NCBI GenBank assembly: GCA_965178125.1
Contig: OZ237737.1
Span: 1,178,001-1,242,000, forward strand
Direction: 5' to 3'
DNA: 64,000 nucleotides
From: Bilabrum cf. latius
Lineage: Eukaryota
The notes beneath the pieces were generated by a model that did no database searches, was not told where the DNA came from, and was given only the letters and a program-made list of their open reading frames with translations. The position numbers were made by a program, and so were the translations under genes. Numbering within the stretch: position 1 is the stretch's first letter; each line of letters begins with the position of its first letter. Positions 12,001-24,100 of this stretch are shown in pieces.

Positions 12001-14871
12001 TCGCGCAGGTTCACAGTCAGCGAGCACGTGATGGTCACCTGCGCATCCGTCACGCGCATGCCGACGGTGTACCTCGGGCATTTCTCGTAGTCCAGCATGG
12101 CAGATCCGCTCTTGACGGAGAACGTGCCGTCGCTCGACACGCTGAATGGGGTCCGGGTCGGGCACCCAGACACGCCGGAAGCGGGTGCCTGGGAAGTCAT
12201 TGTGTAGGAAATGCTGCGACCCACGTTGCTGCGGGCCTGAGCTAGCTTGCCCAGGTTCGTGCCGGCAGTGGACCTCTCATTCACGGTGGCGCTGCCGGTG
12301 CCCGTGGCCTGGTTGCACCCGGTGGTCCACTCAAGCCGAGGCCTCCTCTCGCCCTCCACGCACACCTCAGACGAGGAGCAGCGCGCCTGTCCCGTGCGCC
12401 TCCAGGGCTCCACGCTCTCGGGGGTGCTGTAGTACCCGCTCTGGACCGTGCGACGGGAGGTGGTGCCGGCCGGGCAGTAGTACTGTGCAGACCCACAAGT
12501 CTCCTGTCTGCTGCTGATGGAACCAGCGGGACAGAAGTAACCGGCCGTACACGCACCGTTGCAGTTGTTGGAGGACAGCCGGGTGGAGCTGCCGTACTTG
12601 CCCGCAGGACACTGGTACTTGACCCCGCTGGAGCAGTAGTGGCCCTTGTCGCAGATGAGCTGGCTCGACCGGAACCGCGAGTCGGGCCCACCTACCGTGT
12701 AGTATCCGGCGGACACCGAGCTGCGAGCAAGTGCAAGGGATCAAGGTCGATACTTGGTAGTAGCAGATAGGCATACAAACCAGCAGATATATTGAATTGC
12801 AATGGACGCCTAGACTAAGAGTCAAGGTGCAGCATGCTTTGCACATTTATTCTCACTTGCGACTGCCGCTGCCTTCAGGGCAATAGTACAGGCTGCTGCC
12901 GCACTGCTTCGGAGGCCGGGAGCCAGACGAGTCGGTAGTCTGCAGGGGGCAGTAGAACCCCGCAGGGCACAGCCCGCCGCAGTTGCTGTTCGTCTGCCCT
13001 CGCCCACCAAACCGGCCGGCGGGGCACTTGTTGGGGCACGAGGAGGTCGAGCGAACGCCACAATAGCATCCGGCGGCGCACGAACCCGAGCACTGGTTGT
13101 TCGAGTTTCCGTTGCTGCTGGAGTACACGCCGGCAGGGCACGAGTAGCGCGTACTCCGGGTGGAGCCTGACGTGGTGTAGTAGCCGCGGCTCGCGTCGCC
13201 GTCGCAGTCAGATGTGGTTTTTCCTGTGAATGTGCCGTACTTGCCGGCGGGCTGCGATTCAAGGACAATGACACACGGAGCCCAATTGGCTGATTTGCTG
13301 CAATGCACCACCACATTCAGTCTGTCTGGCAGTGACTGCCAGGGCAGCCAGCGGATGGCAGGGTTCGCTGCAGTCTCACGCAAAGGGAGCACGAATCAGC
13401 GCCGACTCCACCACCATTGGGCCTGTAACGACCTCGCGGGCAAGACAAGCAGGTGCTGCCGCTCTTGTACTGCCCCTTCTTGCACCCTGCTTTGACGTAG
13501 CACACGCCCTAGGTAGAATACCACGAGTACATATCGTTCCAGGTTGGCAACGCACCACCATTGGCCCAGATGTGTACCTGCAGAACAAAAGCGATTGTTG
13601 AATGCATAGGTATCATGTTTGCCGTACTGGCGGCTGCTGAACGATTGCGACAATCGGCAGAATTGCACGCTCGGCGTGTGCAATTCTTACGTGATGCTCC
13701 CCGCCTGCGCATAAATTGCAGTAATTAATGACGTATCATCATTTCTAAACGGTTGTCTATGCGGAAGAGCTTCACATGAGCGGACACTACAGTACGAGTT
13801 ATTGCGTATTGCCAATATATAGTTTACGGCTTACCACAGCAGTTGTTCGGTTCACCGGTATGCCAACTGCGATAGTAACACTATAGCGAAAATGCAATTG
13901 TTCGTGATATAATTGTGCTCAAGCCAGTCCAGATACAGACTGCAACGGTTGCACTCACCGTGAATAATCGTAGGGAAGGCCATCGCGCCATTCCCAGTGG
14001 TTCTCCCGGCGAAAGTCAGTCAGCCCAATCCTGTGACATTCAAAGCGGATCTGATGGTTCAAGATACGATTCTCATCACGCTTGACCTCTGCCTGGTGTG
14101 AGCAGAGAGGTGGGCCAAGGTGCGCCACGGGGTGCGGCCGGATTCAACTTACCAGCAACTCTTGCTTAAACAAAGGCCATACACGAGGTTATTCTCTTCG
14201 AAATTATGAACCCCAGCAAGGTGTCCGCCACTGATCCAGTTCTGCGACTAATAGAAGGATCATTCCGCCACTGACGCAGGCTCAAGAAAACGAACGCCAC
14301 ACGGAGCAGCACAGCCATCGGTGCAATTACATCGACGATAGCCCGGCTACTTTTTTAAATTCTCACCCTACAGTAGGTTTCTTGGGCATCCGGCCCTGCG
14401 CATCGTGATTGATTCCCAAGAAAGGCGAGGACCAAAGAATGTAGTGGACCAACAGCTGGGGTGCACGTCGTTCCTGCACCATATACGGCACCTCACCTCT
14501 TGCCGTAGGAGTATATCGATAGCAAAAGTCCCCTGAGAACGATAATGTTTATGCGAGCCGTTGAAAAGCATAGTATGCAAGGAGACTGTTTCGCAAAGGA
14601 CTAATTTTCGGGTGTTCAAGCTACCCACCGTGTCTAGCACTGGAAAACGTCCACTGCGTACGTTAAATGTCCATACATATAATAATATGAAATGTGGAGA
14701 AATGAATCCTTGCTTCCCTAGACCTTGTACAGACCGCTCCGAGGATCCAAAAAGTGGGGATACGCGGACATCTCTCACTCCACTAGGACAGCGATCGTTA
14801 GCGTTCACCAACTTGAAGCAAAGCATGAAACAAATGGAAAAAATAACGACGTACCCCTCCATTCGCCTCAT
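1..14871 (-). CDS. Giant cell-surface protein (>4,560 aa, 3' end outside window): signal peptide, C-type lectin domain, Cys-rich CPxGxY repeats, ~10 cadherin repeats, multiple IPT/TIG repeats, Cys-rich region, multipass TM domain
   Basis: Exons 14779-14871, 14629-14653, 14497-14532, 14367-14395, 14153-14241, 13959-14030, 13835-13866, 13691-13704, 13380-13577, 12857-13251 and <1-12720, all GT-AG with consistent phase. Splicing gives MRRMEGYVVIFSICFMLCFKLVNA-NDRCPSGW...FCYRY...GGHLAGVHNFEEN...WIGLTD...WHTGEPNN...WND. Cadherin motifs (LDFE, DxNE.P, xD.D) lie at ~8990-12300. Minus-strand ORFs 11304-12716, 10641-11294, 8190-10631, 7770-8186, 4878-7739, 3723-4799 and 78-3668 share one frame and are separated only by single TAGs (13509, 11304, 10641, 8190, 7770, 4878, 3723, 78). 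The frame stays open to base 1. Confidence 0.9.
4819..4854 (-). repeat. Coding hexamer repeat (GAGCCN)x6 encoding a Gly-Ser linker
   Basis: gagcct gagcct gagcca gagcca gagccc gagcca on +; reads GSGSGSGSGSGS in the minus-strand gene frame. Confidence 0.8.
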
Positions 14872-15517
14872 TTTGGGCACTCTTCGAGTAGAAGGAGTGA
14901 ATCAGTCGTGGGAACGAACAAGCCGGCGGGAGACAGCGGCGCGGCGGTCGCAACTTGCAGGAGCATCGCTAAAAGCGGTCGCCGAGGGCACGTAGAGAGC
15001 CACGCCTGGGCAAGCAAGAATTGTCGACACGAACCATCCTGGCATCAGCTGCTGCCATCGCGCGGATTGACATCGCGTCAAGTTGAGGATACGCTTGCTT
15101 CAGACTGCAGAATTAGTCGGTCTTCCAGCGCTGAGATCACACGTTGTACACAGCACCCTAATCTCGCAGACAGTCACACATGGTTGCAGTTGGTTTCCTC
15201 CGAGAGCCCATCCTCAAAGTTACCAAAAAAAGAAAACTGGCGAACGCTGCCCCTCAGCGCCCGAATAGCACGCGGCTTGATTGCCGCTCGAGTCTAATTG
15301 TGACCTCTCAACTTCCACATCCGCATGTGGTCGGTGATCCGATCCCCCTGATCCGAGTCACTCGTCACACATGCCCAACCCACACCTGCCCGGCCTGTGC
15401 CTCATCAACCCAATGACCCCACCGATCATCTTCTCTTCCACCATTTCCTCCCCCGTTCCGGTGAACCGTGAACCGTCGTCCCCCCCTCCCTTTGCTCTAC
15501 CCTCCCCCCCCTAGCTG

Positions 15518-15520
<3 letters not shown>

Positions 15521-15560
<40 letters not shown>
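15521..15560. repeat. (TC)20 microsatellite
   Basis: Perfect TC dinucleotide run, preceded by C-rich tracts, between divergently oriented genes. Confidence 0.95.
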
Positions 15561-15563
<3 letters not shown>

Positions 15564-15845
15564 CTCCTCCGCATCGCTACGTCGCATCTGAGCCTGCTCC
15601 TCGAGCGGGTCCTGCGCCCACCGAGCGACCTCAATCTCAGAGACCTTGCTGGCCTCACCAACCCACTCACGGTCCTTTGGGAGGCCTGGTCTTTGCTCTA
15701 GCACTGGGAATCATTGCCCATGATTGTGGGCGAGCATCCGGGGTTCCCTGTCGGCCTTCGGCATTTGCTGCATTTACTACAGACCCCACTGCTACTCGCT
15801 GTCCGCCGTCATCTCGAGGGTATGCGATAACGAGTGCTTTTGGAA

Positions 15846-18800
15846 ATGAAAACCAGATTTTGCCGGAACTGCAACACAAGCATTCGGAAGATATCTGGGC
15901 GTATGGATGATGCAGAGTACCTCTCGATGTGTGAACATGTAGAAATTGAATTGAGTCAAGGCCGATTAGATCGCCCAGTCCTCTTGAATGATGCACTTGC
16001 CAGGAGTGCAGATCTGTGGAGGCGCTGTCCCTCACTGGAGAAGATGAATATGCTCATGAGCACATGTCTGCCCCCTGATAGCATTGCGGAGCGTACTGTT
16101 TAGGTCTTGCTGCAGTTTGGAATGTCTGAAGCCGCTCGGATTCGGGACGCAGGATCTGCTGTTAGGACCGGCCATCATGCAGGCTGGAGCTCAGCCCTTG
16201 CCGTTGCAAGCAGTGCAGATGAGTCAGTTCTTGGTTTTATATTACGCACTATGCTAGCTGTGCCAGCGCTAGGCGCACAGACTACAATGAAGTAGCTGAC
16301 GAGGGGTTCGGGACAGGTTGCAGTTCGAATAGGTCTGCTACTTCCATTGCTGTACTCCTAGCAAGATTTACAATGCCCAGAAAACAAGGTCTAGCGGCGC
16401 TTCTTGGAATGGCAACGCGTCGCGAAGGCGGGTGAATCATCGTACCAAGGATTGCTCGCACAGGCTCTCGTCCAGCTTGTGGCAGACCATGGTGCCGCAA
16501 GTTTGGATGGCACTGCCGCGCGGGAGGTAGCTTGGTACCTCGCTGGTCATGGTAATCGGCGGCGCATTTTGGCTCGATGCTTGGTGACGGAAGCGATTCA
16601 GCGACGAGACGACAGCGTTGCAGATGCACCTGCAGCCAGCAGTACCGGTGGGATGGTAGGCCGGCTGCTAGGTGAGCCAGACGGGACCAGGGAACTAAGT
16701 TCTTGGAGGGCAGTATGGGAAGCGGTCCTGCAAGAGGTGTTGGCCGGTGAGATACGGACAGATGGGCCAGAACGATCCGATGCGCTCGAGGCTGCCGCTG
16801 AAGCAGCGCACGGTACTGGCACGGGCACCAAGTCTGCCCTCATGGCATTGGAGGCCTCGCGTGAAAACACGCGAACTAGTGCTAATGTTGTGCAGATATG
16901 GCTGGAGAATGCCGCTGCGACAATAAGTGGTCAAGTGAGGAAGCCTCAAAGCAGTAGACTGCGGGCGCTTAGGCGGCTGTTCGGTGAAGCAGGCGGCCTC
17001 AGCACCGGGCTGCACCAGGAGATCGTCGCAGCCTTGCTGGACGACAGCTCGTGTCACGTCTTGCGGCTTCAGCTGCAGGTGGCATATATGAGTTGCGGTA
17101 TCAGCTGGCCAAGCGTGTGCGAGCCAAGGTGGGCGGGCGCAAGTGCAGCTGCCGCGCGTGGGGCAGGGCCCAATGGTAGCCTGTCGCAATATCTTGACAT
17201 CCCAGACAAGCGGCGGGCGCGAGTTCAGATCCCGAGCTCGGCAGGTGCTAAAGAATCGCGAGATTCATCCGGTACCCGGGCAGTTCTGAGCCTGCTTGAC
17301 ACCTGCAGCAAGCTGTGGAGCGGTAAGGAGTCCATGCAGGAGGACTCTCGCTGGCAGCGGTCGCAGGCCATCGCACTTCTGCTGCTCATGGAGGCTGCCC
17401 CTGGTGGCTCGATCGGGCTTGGCACGGACCTCGCGCAGGCGATTCAGGAGGGTGTGCAGCTTCGGATGGCCAGCGCAGATCCCCTGCAAAGGCTGCTCGC
17501 CCAGCGGATTGGCGGGGTCTTCATGGAAGCTATGGGTGCGGAGACAGAGGCCAGTTTGCTGCCGTTTGATGCCGTGTTGCCTGCAGACGAGCCTCCGTGG
17601 TTGTCCCATCCGAAGAGCGGATCGGAGACAAGTGGCTCGGTAGCTGCAAGGCTTGGCAAGGAACACAAGCAGGCCGACTCGCTCGATCTGGTGGCGGCCT
17701 CCGCACCGACCGGGCCTGCAGCAGCGACTGCAAGTGCCCAGGTCCTTGCTGCCGGGGTTGATCGACGCGAACAGGACGCGCTCGCTAAGTCGCTCGACGC
17801 GCAGCGGGCAGACGATGCCACTGCTGCGGTAGCGGGAAGCGCAGACCCAGTGAGCTTCCCAGAGGCCAAGCAACTCGGAATCAGGCTCGGTAGAAGCCTG
17901 TGGGAAACTGCTGCGGTCGATTCCTTCTTGCGGCCAATCGTGGCTGTGGGTACAGCCGCGGGCAAAAGTGGCAGTAGTACTGTGCATAGCATTGCATCGC
18001 TGGAAGCAACGTCAAACGCGCTGCAGCAGCGCCTTGTCGCCCTGCGATCGCTGGATCGCAATTTTTAGTGGAAAGCCGCGGCTCAGATGGGCGCGGTTGA
18101 AGCAAAGGCAGCCTCTGCAGAGCTGGGCATCGGCGCTGCCGCGCATGGCTCTGGCAGTGCCGCGGTACGCGCCCCTGCGGCACGAAAAAGGGCAGCATGG
18201 CCTGAATCCCCTTCGAGTCGCTCTGTTGCCTCTCCCATTTCAGCGGAGGTATCTGGAGCAGACCATCGAGCGAAGCAACTTGATGAGCCCGCGCCTCGGG
18301 TCGATCCCCCGCGTTTGTGCGAGCACGAAGAAGCTCTGTTTTAGCGCCTGGGGCCCATCCCAGTTGGAGAAGAGGCGCACGCTGTTCCGATCGGCAACGT
18401 CCTCGGATACGAAGCCTTGGAAGACCTGGCTCCGGAGCCGCACGCAGCGGGGGCACCCAGGGACCTGGCGTCGGCTCTCGCTCAGGCCCAGCACGAGGAG
18501 GACGCCAGGGCAGCAGAAATCGCGCTAGTCTCGCTGCCAGAGCTGATCAGGCGGACCCTTGGACCCCAAGGAAGCGCACACGCAGCTGGAGGCGGGAAGG
18601 CCAGCTTGCTGGCATTGACGCTGCAGCAGCTGCTCGGGCTGCAAGACCGCTTCGCTCTGCCTGGCTTTGCAGCGTGGCGAATTGCGGCCCTCACCTCCCT
18701 AGCTGTGTCTGCTCCCGGAGCCGTCTTGCCGCAGCTGTGCAACCTCTTCTACGCGGATGAGCGGTCTGTTGCACAGCGGGCCGAATGTCTCGATCTTGTG

Positions 18801-19784
18801 GTCGATGCAGCCATGGAGCTGTCACGGCAGACCAAGGGGGAGGCGGGTGCCAATGCCTCGTAGTCTTCGGGCGGTGCGAGGGTCGAGATAATTGAGGAGT
18901 CTGCGAAAGGGGTTGAAGCGCAGGCACTTGCCGCGAAGCACGGAACGGGCGGGAGTGGCCAGGGCGGCCTTGAGTCCCTTGCGGCTCGCGGTAGCGTGGT
19001 CGAGGCCAGGGTCACTGGTGCCAGGCAGACACCGCTGGGAGAGTCAGGTGGAGTGGTGCCCGGCCGTGGCAAGGAGGTGGTTGACGCGCAGAGACCCAGG
19101 ACTCGCAGGTGGGGCACTGCCTCTGCACGGAGCAGCCGCACCGCAGCCGGCTAGACCCCCGCAAGCGGCTCTGGGACTGACCGTTTCGGGCCGATCGCGG
19201 CTTAGGTGATGCTGCCGTTGCTGAGCCCGAGACGGGTCACAGGCCTGGGTGCGGTGGACCTGCTAGGTCAGGACGACGAGATGCTGGCCCAGCTGATACG
19301 AACATGCTCGGTGCTGCAGGAGTGCGCGCAGGGGGCCCCAAAGGAGCACAGGATGTCCATTTTTGCGCGGTTCGCTGCGCTGTTGTGGGAGGTACGGTCA
19401 CACGCATCGGCTGCCGTGAGAAGGACTGTAGTGGGCGGGTTTGCGTCTTGCATGATAGCTGCAGTATCTATGGGGCTGGTGGCAAGCACCTCCAGCGGGC
19501 ATGAGGGCATGCCGGGGTCGGAAAGCACGGTGGCTGTGCTGGGAGCCGTGTACGAGTGGGCTGTTCACGTGGCTAAGAGGGACAGAGATGAGGCGTGCAG
19601 GGTGGCGGCACGGGAGCTGGCAGCGTCGCAAACGCTGCGGCAATGCGCAGAAATTACGAGGCAGGCAGCCGCGATGGGCGGGTCGCTTGGAGTGGGGCTC
19701 GGGGCTTTGTCGGCGCTTGGTGCTGCCGGTGGCAGCCACGGTCTCATGGGAGCACCCGTCGCTCGCCTGCTGGCCAGCATGTAA
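15846..19784 (+). CDS. TELO2: TELO2/Tel2-like protein (TTT complex subunit), ~1,300 aa; start uncertain
   Basis: One frame through TAGs at 16101, 16293, 16359, 16392, 18066, 18342, 18861, 19152 and 19203, ending at TAA 19782-19784. Tel2-like segments recognised by eye: SLPELIRR...LLGLQDRFALPGFAAWRIAALTSLAV..P...FYADERSVAQRAECLDLVVDAAMELS; TRRWG; DRFGPIAA.VMLPLL...DLLGQD..MLAQLIRT. Alternative starts are ATG 15903, or ATG 15720 with a possible intron 15820-15915. Confidence 0.75.
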
Positions 19785-20019
19785 GAGGAGAGGAATAAGA
19801 ACTAGTTCTACTGCAGCAGCGCGCCGCTTACTCGCTACAGAAAGTATCGCATCCGCAGCATTCTCCATGCAAACATGTTTGGTCTCTGTCAGGGCGCACA
19901 ACCGACTAAGTTGCCCCGGCTTGAAGAGGTCCCGGATAGCTTGAAGCTGTAGTGTTGCACTTTGCACGAACACACAAGGCCCTACTCGGTCAGTTTGTTC
20001 AATACAGACAGCTCGATAT

Positions 20020-20763
20020 TTACTTTCCAACAACACCTTTTGCCTCTGGTTCCTCCTTGGACTCTGCGCCAGCCTTGCCCTCCGCTGCTCCGGCTGCGCC
20101 TGCGCCTGCACCACCTGCCACGGCGGCATCGCTTTCCGCCGAGGCCGGTCGAACAGCAACCTTCTCGGACGCCGGGGCGTCCTCTGCCAGCAGCGACTCG
20201 ATCTCTGACTGCAAACCAGCTGGGATTGTAGTGGACCCGTACCTGCTCACGACTTCCCCCTTTCGGTTAACGATCATCTTCTCGAAATTCCACCACACGG
20301 CTTGCGAAAGCGAGTATGGCGCAGCGACCTTCAAGTGCTGATACAGCGGGTGCGCCTTCTCCCCATTCACGTCCACCTTTGCTGTAAATGGAAATGTTGT
20401 CTTGTAAACTTCGCACGTGAAGCTTCGAATATCGCTTGCGGAACCAGGCTCTTGCCCGCCGAACTGATTGCATGGAAAGGCAAGGATTTCGAGACCGTCA
20501 TCCTTGTACTTGTTATACAGCTCCTGCAGCCCCTTGTATTGTGGGGTGAAACCACATTTTGATCTGCGAGCACCAGATAGGCTTGTACCGAGCTGGTTTA
20601 GCAGAGTTGGTTGCGGCGGCAAGCAGGAATTCGACATGGGACCAGCCGTGTCTTCTCACGCAACGTTCACAACCACAGCCACCTTTCCTCTGCAAAGGTC
20701 GCCAAATGTCGTTGTTGATCCGTTCTACATTTCAATTTCATGGTCATAGATGCTCTTGCTCAT
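20020..20763 (-). CDS. GPX: Glutathione peroxidase family protein, Cys-type (non-selenium), 215 aa with Ala-rich C-terminal tail
   Basis: Exons 20660-20763 and 20020-20563 (intron 20564-20659, GTGAGA...CGCAG) give MSKSIYDHEIEM*NGSTTTFGDLCRGKVAVVVNVASKCGFTPQY...ILAFPCNQFGGQEPG...KVDVNG..AHPLY..LK...WNFEK. The star is TAG at 20725-20727. Ends at TAA. Confidence 0.95.
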
Positions 20764-21178
20764 GTCTACGTCTGCGGTGATTGATGGCGACATGGCACCC
20801 AGTACTCGTGCAAAAATGACAGAAATCGCAATGCACCGGCATAGAGCGCAGCTTACCTGCTTGGGAAGAACTGCAACACATATACAGAAGGCTGCCTAGT
20901 GGGATTCCCGACTTTACAATGCGTGAAACATAGTTGCTGTCAGAAGTTCCGCTGTGCTCATGGTTCCTGCGCGGCGCCGCTGGTAGTTTGCGACCAAAGT
21001 CGCACGGCGGTGGAAATCGCACGAAGCCACCCACATTTCGCATATTTCGAGACGCCGTTTGCAGTGCGAACGCCTCGATCCTTCCTGTGTGTAGCTTGTA
21101 TTCATTTCCGTTTACTGGCGGGCTGATATCGAGCGATCGCGGATCAGACGACACGTAATCCACGAGTTTTTCACCGAT

Positions 21179-24100
21179 ATGCTTGCTTTTGCGAGCGTAG
21201 CGCTTGCTATGGCCTACACGGCTGTGGCTAATTTCCAGCAGTGTCCTCGAAGCTCTGATTGCGGTTGGGACACTCTTTCGTCCTATTCTACAACCAAGAA
21301 CAGCGTGATTTGCGTCTCCTCTGAGGCTAGCGATGGTGAGACGATGGGTTCATGCGTTCTCTGTCCTTCGGTGTTCCAACGAAGTTCAGCTTCAGTTTGA
21401 ATTCAATTCTGGCCGTGTTCATTATCATTCTACTCGTGGGGGATGATTTGTTGCTGTTCAAGATGGCCGGTGCAACGTAATCGCTTCGATCGTCTCAACA
21501 TTGGCTCTCCGCCCTCGCAGGGTCGCCCATCGACGACTCCAAGAGCTACTGCTTTGGCTGCCTCGTAGAATCTGATTTTACGGCAGAAAGTGCTGACCTT
21601 GACAAGTGCGGATACACGTCATCCGAGCTCGCGAGCCTGCGCAGCGACTACGCCAGTCCGCAGCGCGTTACGGATGCGATCGACAACGGCCCAATGCTGC
21701 GCACACCTGATGGGAGGTCCGTCGCCCAAGTTGTGGTTGGCCACTCATTCGTGTGCGGCACTCGCGATGGGGACGGCTACTGCGGCAACACCGAGACGAC
21801 GCCGCGAAGCGTGAACGTAGCGCAGGACGGATCGTGGCAGCTGGGTCTCTCGACCTTTTAGAGCTACCTCCCCAGGTGCGCCTCCTCCGTGAATGCCAGC
21901 CAGGATGACAGCGCTATCCTCGACCTTCCCTATCATCCCGGGTTCCCTCTCTTCGGCGGTGACATGTCCAAGTTCGCGACAGACCCGAATCCCGCCCACA
22001 GCATTGAGGGCATGCAGGACGTCCTCATCACCGGGCCGATCAGCGCCATGTTTTCCGAGCAGAACCAGAATTTTGGACTTCGTCACGGACACAGAATGCG
22101 GTGGCGGCAGGAGTGCAAGGCTTTGCTGGCAAATGAACCCGAAGACAGGTACATCTTCAACAACGGAAACCGGCCAGCCGGCAACTCCTACAAGCTCGTT
22201 GGGAAAGCGTCTGCCGGGCAGCATTCTGCTTGCTTCCTCACAGAGGACCCGCTTGATTCCGACCACGGCAACGTGGCGTGCTTCGGCTCCCCGTTCAACG
22301 CGTACTTCTCGATCGTACCGGTCATGCCCAACCCGAAGGGATGGCTGGATGAGAGCCACTTCGAGTTCGCCCTCGGGCACGTGCCCATCGGAGAGTTCAC
22401 ATCGAGCTCTGGCCTGAACCTGGGGAACAGGCGGGCAAGCCAGCTCGCATCCGCAGCGTTTGCCCACTTTGCCGTGTACGACCCGGAGGGCTCGGAGACT
22501 GACAGCGTTCTCGTCGGGTGGGGTGGCGTGAAGGAGCCCCTGGGGCTGGGTGAGAGCAACCTGGCCAATGATTTCGGTGGTGACCCGCACTCCTTTCCCT
22601 CTTGGGTCATGCAGCCAGATGGCCCGTACTGGACGAGCGACATGATGAATCCCACGATTCGTGCCTGGGGACTGCCCAACGGTTTCGGCACGCTTGACTC
22701 GATCAACACCGCTGCCAAGCCCATCCTCATCCCGTTCGGAGGTGGCCGGATCGTGGACATCCACGCCATGCACAGCGCGGTATGCATATCCGTGGAGAAG
22801 CCGGAGCTTTCTGATGACACGCTGCTCAGGTGCTGGGGCGACTGGCAGAATCTCAAGGACGCTGGTATGCTTCCCCCTGGCTACGACACTGACACGCCCG
22901 CCAACCGGGAAAAGTACAACAACCTTGCCCTCAACCAGGCGCCATACATCCACATCGGTCAGGGCTACGGACTGACCAAGCAAGCGCTCAAGGGGGACCA
23001 GCCAGGCCTCAATGTGACCAAGATTGCCGGTCCCAAGCAAGCTGCCAATGCACTTGAGTCGCTGCAGCAGTTCGACGCGAAGTACGTGTCTGGAGGCCCG
23101 CTGGTCATGTGCCTGGGTCTACAAGGTGCCAAAGACGCGCCCGTGGGTTTCACCGGGGGCGTCCGCTGCTTTCAAGGGGGCAACAACGTGAACGATCTCA
23201 GTCCAGCGCATGGAGGTGGTCATCTGGGCACCATCGCGAACCCTTTCAACGGACAGCTGGGCTTCCAGCCGGCCACCATGACTGCCGATTCGCTTTTCTC
23301 GATCCAGCCTGTCCCACTTGGCCGGCAGGACTTCATCGTGCACGAGCTGGAGGTTACCGCTGCTGCGGCCTGCGTGGTGTACTCCACGGACGACGTGTCG
23401 CGCGGGCTCGAGTGCTGGGGTCTCGCCGAGACTCTGCCGTACATCTAGGCCGGCAGCGAGCATGAAACCATGGGCTCCACGCAGGCGCTCGCCATCACCA
23501 ACATCGAGCCACAGCTGCCCGAGGTCCCCCGCATCGGGGCCACCTGCAAGAACGCTCGCCTGGACGAGCCCCCGGAGCTGCAGGTGACTGGCGTCCCCTT
23601 TGACGTCATCATCACGGTGGTAGGAAGGCCAGAGACGGCGCAAATGTCTTTGTCTGAGGTATTCTCCTCCATCTCTCTGCCGGAGAATCCCAACGCTGGC
23701 CTTGCTGGCCCTGACGAGTACCAGGCCCTTGCGGAGGTTGAGATTACGTCTGTGTGCTTCGGCGGCATCACCAACATCCGGGCGTTTGTGGAGGATACCG
23801 CTTTGACCGGTGCATAGATCATTCGCTACAACCAAGGAGACGACCAGATCGAAGTTCTCACGCAAGCACTAGACACGGAAAGCGGGCCGCTCGCCGATCT
23901 CGGTGGCGCCTACGACTTCGATTTTGTGTTTGTACTCACGTACTCAGACGGGCGCAACGTATCCACCAGGGCGCCAGGCACCTTCTCAGCCGATGCGGTG
24001 AATGAGCCTCCGGTGGCTGTCCACCAGAACGTCCCTGCTTCCATGCCAGCCACGATTGTGCTACCGCTAGACGCATCGGTCGTTGGTGCTGATGGACGGG

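Noticed and set aside
14725-15416. Plus-strand ORFs 14725-15297 and 15180-15416 as genes
   Set aside because: No motifs or coding-like codon bias; they overlap the first exon and promoter region of the minus-strand gene.
20550-20560. Selenocysteine GPx
   Set aside because: The active-site codon is TGT (Cys); there is no in-frame TGA.
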